Origin: a virus
Lineage: Duplodnaviria > Caudoviricetes
IMG/VR virus record: IMGVR_UViG_3300021124_000001
Length of the DNA stretch: 64,000 bases
Direction: 5' to 3' (one strand)
How positions within the stretch are numbered: the stretch's first letter is position 1; every line of letters begins with the position of its first letter. Position numbers and translations under genes: made by a program. Positions 21,856 through 31,276 of the stretch are shown one piece after another. Under the pieces are notes generated by a model, which saw only the letters and a list, made by a program, of their open reading frames with translations, ran no database searches and had not been told where the DNA came from.

Positions 21856-23631
21856 ATGGCCTCAGCAAATAATTTCGTTGTCAAAAATGGCTTAACAGCA
21901 GGCACAACAGCAGTAATTAACTCATCTGGTGTTTGGATTGGACCGGCTTCATCAGCATACGGTCCACAGGGTGTTCAAGGTGGTTCAGGCCCTCAAGGTG
22001 TGCAAGGACCACAGGGTGTGGCAGGTAACCAAGGAGCTAGTGTACCGGGCGCACAAGGTGTTCAAGGTCCTCAAGGTTCTCCAGGCGTTCAAGGTACAGC
22101 AGGTGCACAAGGTGCTACTGGTGTTTCTGGTGCACAAGGACCACAAGGTGTGACAGGAGTTCAAGGTGTTCAAGGCTCACAGGGAACAGTCGGTTCTCCT
22201 GGCGCACAAGGTAGTACAGGACCAGCAGGACCAACAGGTTTTCAAGGAACTCAAGGACCAACAGGTGCAACCGGAACAGCAGGCATTCAAGGTCCAACTG
22301 GTGCACAAGGTAGCACTGGCTCTGCTGGTCCAACAGGTGTTCCTGGTGCACAAGGACCACAAGGATCACCAGGTGTAGTTGGTGTGCAAGGTAGCACAGG
22401 CTCAACAGGTGTTGGCGGAGTTTCTGGTGTGCAAGGTCCACAAGGATCTACAGGTCCTGCTGGTTTTCAGGGAACGCAAGGACCAACTGGCGCATCCGGT
22501 GTTCAAGGCGCAACAGGTAGTACCGGACCTACAGGTATTCCAGGCGCACAAGGTCCACAGGGTAGTACAGGGCCAACAGGATTTCAAGGAACTCAAGGTC
22601 CTACGGGAGCACCTGGTGTTCAGGGTGCAACAGGATCAACTGGTGTAACAGGCGTTCCAGGTGCTCAAGGTAGTACTGGTGGAACTGGACCAACAGGCTT
22701 TCAAGGAACACAAGGACCAACAGGAACTCCAGGTGCTCAAGGTAGTACTGGTGGTACTGGACCAACAGGTGTGCCAGGCGCACAGGGTCCACAAGGTGGT
22801 TCTGGACCTACAGGCTTTCAAGGACCGCAAGGTCCAACAGGAACACCAGGTGCACAAGGTAGTACTGGCGGTGGTGGACCAACAGGTGTTCCGGGCGCTC
22901 AAGGTCCAACTGGTCCAGGTGGCGGTACAGGACCACAAGGACCACAAGGTCCAACAGGCACACCAGGTGCTCAAGGTAGTACTGGTAGTACTGGACCAAC
23001 AGGTGTTCCGGGTGCACAAGGTAGTACAGGCGGTGCCGGCGGCACTGGACCTCAAGGTCCACAAGGCGGTACAGGACCAACAGGACCGACAGGTGGCACA
23101 GGACCTACAGGACCAACAGGCACACCAGGTGCTCAAGGTAGTACTGGTGGTACAGGACCAACAGGATTTCAAGGACCGACAGGACCAACAGGAGCAACAG
23201 GTTCTACACCATACCAACAAGTGGCCGCATTAGGTGTTAATACGGCAGCCGGACCAACAGGTACAGTTCAGGCCACAGGTCAAATTACTGCCATATTCAC
23301 ATCCGATGAACGACTGAAAAATATATTAAACAATATAGAAAATGCACTAGAAAAAGTCATCTCTCTGAATGGAATTTATTATACAAAAAATGATTTAGCT
23401 CGATCTTATGGTTATGAGGGAGATGAACAAGAGGTTGGTTTAATTGCACAAGAAGTTGAAGCAGTTTTACCAGAAGTTATTAGGCTTGCCCCCTTTGATA
23501 CAGATAAAGACGGAAATAGTAAATCTGGTGAGAACTATATAACAGTGATGTATGAAAAAGTTGTTCCTTTGTTAATTGAAGCCCTCAAAGAACAGAAAAA
23601 ACAAATAGATTATTTAAATACGAAAGTGTGA
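21856..23631 (+). CDS. Collagen-like fibre chain C with S74 chaperone
   Basis: Gly-X-Y region 21961-23208 (416 aa, one GASVP interruption); FTSDERLK. Confidence 0.85.
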   Translation: MASANNFVVKNGLTAGTTAVINSSGVWIGPASSAYGPQGVQGGSGPQGVQGPQGVAGNQGASVPGAQGVQGPQGSPGVQGTAGAQGATGVSGAQGPQGVTGVQGVQGSQGTVGSPGAQGSTGPAGPTGFQGTQGPTGATGTAGIQGPTGAQGSTGSAGPTGVPGAQGPQGSPGVVGVQGSTGSTGVGGVSGVQGPQGSTGPAGFQGTQGPTGASGVQGATGSTGPTGIPGAQGPQGSTGPTGFQGTQGPTGAPGVQGATGSTGVTGVPGAQGSTGGTGPTGFQGTQGPTGTPGAQGSTGGTGPTGVPGAQGPQGGSGPTGFQGPQGPTGTPGAQGSTGGGGPTGVPGAQGPTGPGGGTGPQGPQGPTGTPGAQGSTGSTGPTGVPGAQGSTGGAGGTGPQGPQGGTGPTGPTGGTGPTGPTGTPGAQGSTGGTGPTGFQGPTGPTGATGSTPYQQVAALGVNTAAGPTGTVQATGQITAIFTSDERLKNILNNIENALEKVISLNGIYYTKNDLARSYGYEGDEQEVGLIAQEVEAVLPEVIRLAPFDTDKDGNSKSGENYITVMYEKVVPLLIEALKEQKKQIDYLNTKV

Positions 23632-23638
23632 GGTTATT

Positions 23639-24214
23639 ATGAAAGGTGAGTGGTGTTATTTTAAATCCTACTTTACTAAACAGGAATGTGAAAAGATTAT
23701 TAATGATGCATTAAAATTACCGTCACAAGATGCGGTGGTTGGTGTCAACGGTATCAGCACCGCACTAGACACAAGCATTCGAAAAAGCAAAGTTCGATTC
23801 ATCAGCGACAAAGATCCAAACTTTACATGGTTATTCGACAAAATCTGGAAAACAGGCATCGAAGCAAACAGAGATTTCTTTGATGTTCAGATTTCAAAGC
23901 TGGAATTTATACAATTTGCTGAGTATGATTCCAAATATGAAGGTGAATACAAAGAACACCATGATGTATTTTGGCTCAACAACGACCCTTACTACCACAG
24001 AAAATTATCAGGAGTTGTGCAGTTGTCTGATCCAAATCAATACGAAGGTGGTGCATTAGAGATTACTGAAACAATCCATCCAATAGATAAGGATATCAAA
24101 GAGCAAGGTTCGGTTATATACTTTCCTTCTATGCTGAGACATAAAGCCAACAAGGTTACCAAAGGCGTCAGATATAGTCTAGCGGTTTGGTTTGAAGGAC
24201 CTAAGTGGCGTTAA
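23639..24214 (+). CDS. 2OG-Fe(II) oxygenase, prolyl-4-hydroxylase/PKHD-like
   Basis: HxD (HHD), RKLS..VQLSDP..YEGG.L, FPS..RH...VTKGVRYSL. Confidence 0.85.
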   Translation: MKGEWCYFKSYFTKQECEKIINDALKLPSQDAVVGVNGISTALDTSIRKSKVRFISDKDPNFTWLFDKIWKTGIEANRDFFDVQISKLEFIQFAEYDSKYEGEYKEHHDVFWLNNDPYYHRKLSGVVQLSDPNQYEGGALEITETIHPIDKDIKEQGSVIYFPSMLRHKANKVTKGVRYSLAVWFEGPKWR

Positions 24215-24226
24215 TTTGAGGATTTA

Positions 24227-25909
24227 GTGATGAGTGCAAAAAATTGCAAAATTGTGATGACAACAATGTTTCGTAATGAAGCAAAAGTTATACGTAGAAT
24301 GTTAGAATCGTGTTACAAATACATTGATTATGCTGTGATTCAAAACAACGGTTCTACAGACGGCACAGATCAAATTGTAAAAGATTTCTTTGATGAAAAA
24401 CAAATACCACTTCATTTATATAATGTAGAAGAAGGTTGGGTTGGCTTTGGTTGGAATCGGGACCACCTAACACAAACTTGTCAATCTGTTGACCACGGAT
24501 GTGATTGGATTCTAAAGATGGATTGTGATGAGGTACTTGAGATTGATGAAGACTTTGATTGGTCATTATTGGATGATAAGTCTATACAATCCTTTCATAT
24601 TGCCGCAGTTGCCGGGCCGTGTATTTACTATCGTGCATGGATGTGGAATGCAAAATTACCGTGGCGATTCAATCACGACCCTTGCCATGAAACCATATAC
24701 CTTGATGATGGTGTAACAGGTGAACAGTTTCAAAGATTTGATTTGCCTCCAAGTTTCAGACAAATTGGTTACAACGAAGGCCAAAGTTGGTCAAATCCAA
24801 CAAAGTTCATTTCAGATGCATTGATTCTTGAAGAAAAGATGATTAAAGAGAATTCTTTTTTCACTAATCCTTATCACTTCTGGTATGTTGGTAAAAGTTA
24901 CTTTGATGCATTTCAATGTCATGAATTTCCATTAGGAATAAAACAACAAAAAGAATTTGCTAAACGTTGCACATACTATTTCAAAGAGTTTATAGACTTT
25001 TCGAAACCTTCAGGCATTGATGAGATGTGTTACATGGCATCCATTTTTGGAGCAGACGGTTTAAAGTTTGTTGGTGAAACCGAACAAGCAATTGAAATGC
25101 TTATAGAGTGTGGGAAATATGCACCAGAAAGAAATGACCATCTATTTGCATTAGCATTTCTATACATGGATAAAAAAGACTGGGATTCTATGTTTGAAGT
25201 GACGTCAGAAATGATGAAACCGGAACGTACAAATCCATTTCCTAAATATGTCGTAATGATAGATAGATCGATGTATCGTGATGGTGGTACAAGAGTAAAA
25301 GAACTATATGACATTGCGTGTGACAACTCAGGCCGCAAGCCTAAAATTTACATTAATACCAATATGAAAAAGAAACTATTTGTAGTAGATGACTTCTACG
25401 CTAATCCAGATGAAGTTCGTCAGATTGCATTAGCCGCAGAATACAAAAGAGATATTCGATTCTACAAGGGTCAGCGTTCAGGTCCATTTCGATTCCCAGG
25501 GTTGAAAGAAGCATTCGAATCTATCATTGGTGAAAAGATCAACAACTGGGAAGAACAAGATATTAATGGCTGTTTTCAAATTGTAACAGCAGAAGACCCA
25601 CAGGTTTACCACCACGACTTACAAAAATGGGCTGCTATGATTTACTTGACACCAAATGCACCATTAGATTCTGGAACAAGATTACACAAATCGAAGATCA
25701 ATGGAACCATGCATATGTCTGATGATGGTATCAAAGATGCTTTTTCTGGAGGTTTCTATGATGCATCTAAGTTTGATACGATTGCTGATGCAGGCAACCT
25801 ATATAATAGATTGGTTATAATGGATGCACAAAACATCCATTCGGCAGGAAATTATTTTGGCCAAGATAATGAAACGGGCAGATTAACACACTTATTCTTT
25901 TTCGATTAA
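24227..25909 (+). CDS. GT2 glycosyltransferase + TPR-like region + C-terminal 2OG-oxygenase-like (DUF6445-like) domain
   Basis: NEA..I.R.LES, GSTDGT, DCDE (DxD); C-terminal VVDDFYANPD...YHHD...WAAMIYLTP...YNRLVI..IHSA. Confidence 0.75.
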   Translation: MMSAKNCKIVMTTMFRNEAKVIRRMLESCYKYIDYAVIQNNGSTDGTDQIVKDFFDEKQIPLHLYNVEEGWVGFGWNRDHLTQTCQSVDHGCDWILKMDCDEVLEIDEDFDWSLLDDKSIQSFHIAAVAGPCIYYRAWMWNAKLPWRFNHDPCHETIYLDDGVTGEQFQRFDLPPSFRQIGYNEGQSWSNPTKFISDALILEEKMIKENSFFTNPYHFWYVGKSYFDAFQCHEFPLGIKQQKEFAKRCTYYFKEFIDFSKPSGIDEMCYMASIFGADGLKFVGETEQAIEMLIECGKYAPERNDHLFALAFLYMDKKDWDSMFEVTSEMMKPERTNPFPKYVVMIDRSMYRDGGTRVKELYDIACDNSGRKPKIYINTNMKKKLFVVDDFYANPDEVRQIALAAEYKRDIRFYKGQRSGPFRFPGLKEAFESIIGEKINNWEEQDINGCFQIVTAEDPQVYHHDLQKWAAMIYLTPNAPLDSGTRLHKSKINGTMHMSDDGIKDAFSGGFYDASKFDTIADAGNLYNRLVIMDAQNIHSAGNYFGQDNETGRLTHLFFFD

Positions 25910-25917
25910 GGAAAAAA

Positions 25918-26160
25918 ATGAAAACTATTGTAGAAACAGCAACTGGTGTATCAGTTTATATGTTTAATGACGAAAACGCACCAGAAATCACAGCAGAACA
26001 TGTTGTATTTAATGGTCAGGTTGTAGACACGCTTTTGAATTCCTCAAACGCAAGTATTGTGGAAAACATCAATCCACCAAATGATTGGATTGGTAGAAAG
26101 TACATCCTAAATAATGGTGCATGGACACAAAACCCTAACGACCCAACATTGACACACTAA
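25918..26160 (+). CDS. Small hypothetical protein
   Basis: AAGGA SD; PPNDWIGRKY...WTQNP motif. Confidence 0.5.
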   Translation: MKTIVETATGVSVYMFNDENAPEITAEHVVFNGQVVDTLLNSSNASIVENINPPNDWIGRKYILNNGAWTQNPNDPTLTH

Positions 26161-26176
26161 AAAATAAAATTACATT

Positions 26177-27445
26177 ATGAAAAATTTGAAGTTTAGTTTA
26201 ATTACTCCAGAACACAACCCAAACAATGTGAAGTTTCTGTTGGAATTGTATGATTCAATTAAAAATCAAACATATGAGAATTGGGAATGGGTGTTGTTTT
26301 TAAACAACAAATGCGTAATTGAAAACATTCCAGACATCATAAAGAACGATTGGCAAGTTAAAATTTTCAGAACAGAAGAAGCCAACACTAATGTTGGTGC
26401 AATGAAAAATCTTTCTTTTCCTTTGGGAACAGGTGATGTTCTGGTTGAAGTTGACCATGATGATTTGTTGACGCCAGACTGTTTAGAGGAATTGAACAAA
26501 GCATACCAAGACGAGACTGTTGGTTTTGTTTATAGTGATGGTGCAATCTTACACATGCAAGATGCATTCGTTCCTTATTTGCCTGAACATGGTTGGTCTT
26601 ACAGAATGTACAACTGGAAGGGCAAAGATTTATATGCAATGAATAGTTTTGAACCTACCAGCCAATCGTTAGGTTATATTTGGTATGCTCCTGACCATGT
26701 TCGTTCTTGGAGAAAATCGACATATGAACAGGTTGGTGGCCATAATCCAGAGCTTGCCATCTGTGATGACCATGAGTTGTGTATTAGAACATACTTACAA
26801 GCCAAGATGGTTCGTATTCCAAAAGTTTTGTATATTTACAGAATCAGTGGAGACAACACTTGGATTGAACGATCTGATGCAATCCAGATTAAAACAGTAG
26901 AATTACAAAGACAATATGCTCGTGCATTAGCAGAAAAAGATGCAAAAGATAAAGGATTGTTATGTGTTGACATTGGTGGTGGCTTGAATCCATATCCAGG
27001 TTACCACACTGTTGACTTGAGGCAAGATGCGGATCAGGTTTTTGACTTAAATAATGGCATTCCATTGGCTGACAATTCAGTTGGAGTCCTAAATGCAAGT
27101 CATATCTTGGAACACTTACATGATAAGACTAAGATTATGAGTGAAATCCATAGAGTCCTGGCACATGGTGGATGGGCTTTTATTGAGGTGCCAAGTACAG
27201 ATGGACGTGGAGCATTCCAAGACCCAACACATGTCAGTTACTGGAACGAAAACAGTTTCCTATATTATACCGATGCCTATTTGGCCAATTTTATAGACAA
27301 TAAAACAATTAGATTTCAGGAATACCGTAGGGAAACATACTTTCCAAATGAATGGATGAAGAACTTAAATGTTTGTGTGACTAGTGCATGGCTTGTTGCT
27401 ATTAAAGATGGTGGTGAAAGGTTCCCTGGTCTCCTAAAAATCTGA
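26177..27445 (+). CDS. GT2 glycosyltransferase fused to SAM-dependent methyltransferase
   Basis: QTYENWEW, EVDHDD, CDDHEL; VDIGGG, HILEH, RVLAHGG, AFQDPTH. Confidence 0.8.
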   Translation: MKNLKFSLITPEHNPNNVKFLLELYDSIKNQTYENWEWVLFLNNKCVIENIPDIIKNDWQVKIFRTEEANTNVGAMKNLSFPLGTGDVLVEVDHDDLLTPDCLEELNKAYQDETVGFVYSDGAILHMQDAFVPYLPEHGWSYRMYNWKGKDLYAMNSFEPTSQSLGYIWYAPDHVRSWRKSTYEQVGGHNPELAICDDHELCIRTYLQAKMVRIPKVLYIYRISGDNTWIERSDAIQIKTVELQRQYARALAEKDAKDKGLLCVDIGGGLNPYPGYHTVDLRQDADQVFDLNNGIPLADNSVGVLNASHILEHLHDKTKIMSEIHRVLAHGGWAFIEVPSTDGRGAFQDPTHVSYWNENSFLYYTDAYLANFIDNKTIRFQEYRRETYFPNEWMKNLNVCVTSAWLVAIKDGGERFPGLLKI

Positions 27446-27474
27446 TAGATAAATAGAGAATAAGGAGATTCTCA

Positions 27475-28251
27475 ATGGCAACAATAACTAACAGACAAGA
27501 TTTTAAAGATTATTGTCTCCGCAGACTAGGTGCGCCAGTTATTCAAATAAACGTGGACGATCAGCAGGTCGAAGACCGTGTGGATGATGCTATTCAATAT
27601 TGGCAAGATTACCACTTTGATGGTGTTCAAAAGTTTTATTGGATACACTACGTCACAAGTCAAGATATCACAAATCAATATTTGGATGCCACACAAGCGA
27701 GAGATCAGAACGGAAATACTGTAAACATTTTAGGTATTTCTCGTATTTTCCCTTTAACTGATTCTCAGGCCTCAATCAATATGTTTGACTTGAGATACCA
27801 GTTGCGTTTAAATGAATTGTATGACTTCACTTCAGCATCCTATATCAATTATACACTGACACAACAACACCTGCGTTCTTTGGAACTCCAGTTCACTGGT
27901 GAAGTTCCTATTCGTTGGGTGCGTAACATGCAAAGATTGTACATTGATTGGGCTTGGGGTGATAATCTGGAAATTTCTACTGGACAAACCGTTATTTCAG
28001 AGTGCTATGGTGCAATCGATCCAGACACATATCCAAACGTTTGGAATGATCGTTGGTTAAAAGAATATGCAACTCAGCTCATTAAGAGAACATGGGGTGA
28101 GAACATGAAGAAGTTTGGTGGCGTTCAGTTGCCCGGCGGTGTGATACTTAATGGAAAAGAAACTTTTGATGAAGCTGTTGGTGAAATCAAAAGATTAGAG
28201 GAAGACATGATTAACGATTATTCGGGACCATTGGAGTGGTTCATGAACTAA
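27475..28251 (+). CDS. 13: Neck protein gp13
   Basis: DYCLRRLGAPVIQINVDD...KFGGVQLPGGV.LNG; synteny. Confidence 0.9.
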   Translation: MATITNRQDFKDYCLRRLGAPVIQINVDDQQVEDRVDDAIQYWQDYHFDGVQKFYWIHYVTSQDITNQYLDATQARDQNGNTVNILGISRIFPLTDSQASINMFDLRYQLRLNELYDFTSASYINYTLTQQHLRSLELQFTGEVPIRWVRNMQRLYIDWAWGDNLEISTGQTVISECYGAIDPDTYPNVWNDRWLKEYATQLIKRTWGENMKKFGGVQLPGGVILNGKETFDEAVGEIKRLEEDMINDYSGPLEWFMN

Positions 28252-28304
28252 TCAAGCGGTCCTCAAATTTCTTTTTATATAAATATATAAAAGGAGATAT
28301 GAAA

Positions 28305-28985
28305 ATGAAGGTCTACTGTATAGAAAATAAACTAGATAACAAAAAATATGTTGGTATAACAAGAGGTGAAATTGTAGGAAGATTTAAATCTCATAAACGA
28401 ATTGCTAAAAATCCAAATGATAAAAATCATTGTCACATACATAAGGCAATGTTTAAGTATGGTTTGGAAAATTTCATTGTTTATGAGATTGATTCGGCTG
28501 GGACCAAAGAAGAATTGTTGGAAAAAGAAAAACATTGGATTAAAAAATTAGATACCAAAAATAATGGTTACAATGAAACTGATGGTGGTGAAGGATGTTT
28601 TGGATGGAAAGCAACAGAAGAACAAAAAGAAGCCAATAGAAAAAGAAACATTGAAAGAACTAAAGATCCAAAATACAGAGAGTTTATATCACAAAGAACA
28701 AAAGAAGCTATGTCAAACCTTTCGGCCGAGGTTAAGAAAAAAATAAGCGATGTTGCAAAAAAGAATAGTGTAGGAAACAAACGCTCGTTAGGTAAAACTT
28801 GGACACTATCTGAAGAAACTAAAAAGAAAATAAGTGAATCTAAAAAAGGTTTCAAACATACCGATGAAGCAAAAAGAAAACTCAGTGAAAAAGCAAAATT
28901 ACGAACAGGCAGAAAACACTCACCGGAAACAATAGAAAAAATGAGAATTGCAGCAACAAACAGAATAAGAAAGGTAGGAACCTAA
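28305..28985 (+). mobile_element. Free-standing GIY-YIG homing endonuclease (Seg-like) with NUMOD3 repeats
   Basis: VYCIEN..KKYVG.T, NGYNETDGGEG, repeated H/LSEETKKKISE; own TATAAATA and SD. Confidence 0.85.
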
Positions 28986-28986
28986 A

Positions 28987-29865
28987 ATTGCTACTTCTCC
29001 TTACTTCAATAATTATAACGCCAAGTATGATGAGCAAAGGCTTGTCGAAGACCTAATCAATGAAGCAATTCAGATGATGGGTTTCAATGCATTTTATCTA
29101 CCAAATGATAACGATGCGGCCAGAGATTTGATTTATGGTGAAGATCCAGTCAAACAATTTAATACCGCTTTTGCAATTGAAATGTATTTGACAAGTGTTA
29201 TGGGTCATGAAGGTGAAAAGGACTTCTTCTCTAAATTTGGTTTAGAAATTCGTAACCAAGTTAGTGTACTTGTTTCACGTAGAGCATTTGCACAAAGAGG
29301 ACCGTCACTGAATAGACCTCGTGAAGGTGATTTGGTTTATATTCCATTCTTAAACGGTGCTGGTGAACTCTATGAAATCAAGTTTGCAGACCAAAACAAA
29401 GATGGTTTTATGTTAGGACGTAAGAATCCATACCACTATGAGTTGAGCCTAGAAAAATTCAAATATTCTCAAGAGGTTATTGCAACAGGTGTGGCAGAAA
29501 TCGACCAAGCGGTTACAGATTCTGCATATACATTACATTTAAATACTGGTTCTGGAACAGGAACATATGACTTGACAGAGTTGGTATTCCAGTCTACAGA
29601 CGGAACATATGCAAATGCAAGTTCAATTGCTACTGTACAAACATGGGTTCCATCTTCTAATACATTGTCGGTAACTAATATTGCAGGTGAGTTTATTGAT
29701 GGCCAAGTCATTATTGGATTGACAAGTAATGCAAGATACTTATTGGCAACATTTGATCCACTACAGTCTCCTGCAATTAAAGAACCTTACGACAACAGTG
29801 TAATACAAACTTCTGCAAGCACATATGTGAACACATCAGAAACTAATCCGATTGGTGGTCTATAA
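28987..29865 (+). CDS. 14: Neck protein gp14, probable ATT start
   Basis: EQRLVEDLINEAIQMMG and FFSKFGLEIR, RPREGDLVY; conserved N-terminus ATSPYF lies upstream of the first ATG (29074). Confidence 0.85.
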   Translation: MATSPYFNNYNAKYDEQRLVEDLINEAIQMMGFNAFYLPNDNDAARDLIYGEDPVKQFNTAFAIEMYLTSVMGHEGEKDFFSKFGLEIRNQVSVLVSRRAFAQRGPSLNRPREGDLVYIPFLNGAGELYEIKFADQNKDGFMLGRKNPYHYELSLEKFKYSQEVIATGVAEIDQAVTDSAYTLHLNTGSGTGTYDLTELVFQSTDGTYANASSIATVQTWVPSSNTLSVTNIAGEFIDGQVIIGLTSNARYLLATFDPLQSPAIKEPYDNSVIQTSASTYVNTSETNPIGGL

Positions 29866-30854
29866 TGGCTAATGTATATTACAACCGAATGATTCGTAAA
29901 TTGACGGTCGCTTTTGGTGATTTGTTCAATAACATTACACTTGTGCGTTACAATCCAGACCTAACTGAACAAGAAAGGTTCATTGTACCAATAGATTATG
30001 CGGCCAAAGAATTGTATGTAATGCGTTTACAGGGCGACCCAAACTTAGATAAAAAAGTTCAAATGACTTTGCCTCGCATGTCGTTTGAAATGACAGGAAT
30101 GTCATATGACTCTTCCAGAAAGCAGATAACTAATACTAGAAATTTTGCTCAATCTGGCCAAAACACAATATCACAATATGCGCCTGTTCCTTACGATTTC
30201 GATTTTTCTTTATACCTTTATGTTCGCAACATTGAAGACGGAAACCAAATCATCGAACATATATTACCCTTCTTTGCGCCAGATTACACAGTAAAGGTGA
30301 ATATGATTCCTGAGATGGGAATCGTTAAAGAGGTGCCAATCATTCTAAAGAATGTGGATTATAATGTAGACTTTGAAGGTGATAGAGAACACGACACCAG
30401 AATGATTATTTGGACACTGAATTTTACAGTCAAAGGTTTTGTTTTTGGTGCTTCTTCGGATGCTTCTCTAGGTATCATTAAGACATCTTTCACAAATGTA
30501 TTGAACGACATCGAAGATTCTCAAAACGTGGTATTCAATGTCAATGCTGGTGGAACAGGAAATTATTCTCCAGGAGAAATGATTTACCAAGGAGCATCAT
30601 TAGCAATGTCTGCGGCAACAGCAAAAGTTGTTGATTGGAGTTCCACAAATAAACAATTGGTTGTAACGACAGCCAAGGGCAATTTTATTACAGGTAAACC
30701 AATTATTGGTTCCAGAGACAATGCAAACTGGACATTATACGGTTACAACGTGGTACCAAAACAATATGCTAATATTGCAGTGACTCCTAATCCATCTAAT
30801 GCAAATGCAAACAGCATTTATACATATACGACAACCATAACTGAAAAACCATGA
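29865..30854 (+). CDS. 15: Tail sheath stabiliser / terminator gp15
   Basis: IRKLTVAFGDLFNNI, LPRMSFE, QIIEHILPFF, IIWTLNF. Confidence 0.9.
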   Translation: MANVYYNRMIRKLTVAFGDLFNNITLVRYNPDLTEQERFIVPIDYAAKELYVMRLQGDPNLDKKVQMTLPRMSFEMTGMSYDSSRKQITNTRNFAQSGQNTISQYAPVPYDFDFSLYLYVRNIEDGNQIIEHILPFFAPDYTVKVNMIPEMGIVKEVPIILKNVDYNVDFEGDREHDTRMIIWTLNFTVKGFVFGASSDASLGIIKTSFTNVLNDIEDSQNVVFNVNAGGTGNYSPGEMIYQGASLAMSAATAKVVDWSSTNKQLVVTTAKGNFITGKPIIGSRDNANWTLYGYNVVPKQYANIAVTPNPSNANANSIYTYTTTITEKP

Positions 30855-31276
30855 GTACATTTGAAAAAAATATGGAAGAAATCTTTGATGTTGCCACCAA
30901 AGTTGAACCTGCACCGGTTCCTGTTGTAAAGAAAGAAGTCTTACCAGAATCAATATCTGAAGACAATTTGAAAGAAGACTTAGCTGATGCATATGAGCAG
31001 ACAAAGGCCAATCTACAAGACTTGATCGACCAGGGCAAAGATGCTATGGAAGAAATTCTGCAAGTAGCAAAGAATAGCCAACACCCTCGTGCATTTGAGG
31101 TTTACGGAACTTTGCTGAAGAACGTGGTAGATGCCAATAAAGAACTTTTGTCCGTACAAAAACAAATGCGTGATATGGACAAAAAGAATTCACCAGCAGG
31201 TTCAACCACAATCGACAAGGCCATTTTTGTTGGGTCAACATCTGAATTGAACAAGTTGATTAAAGGTAAACAATGA
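30851..31276 (+). CDS. 16: Terminase small subunit gp16
   Basis: HPRAFEV, IFVGSTSEL. Confidence 0.9.
   Translation: MSTFEKNMEEIFDVATKVEPAPVPVVKKEVLPESISEDNLKEDLADAYEQTKANLQDLIDQGKDAMEEILQVAKNSQHPRAFEVYGTLLKNVVDANKELLSVQKQMRDMDKKNSPAGSTTIDKAIFVGSTSELNKLIKGKQ

Noticed and set aside
8792-23233. Many alternative-frame and antisense ORFs (VHKVLKV-, TLWSC-rich) over collagen genes
   Set aside because: Artefacts of GGN-NNN-CAA periodicity lacking stop codons; no RBS.
28252-28986. Group I intron around the GIY-YIG ORF
   Set aside because: g13 and g14 are complete on either side and there is no room for a ribozyme core; the gene is free-standing.
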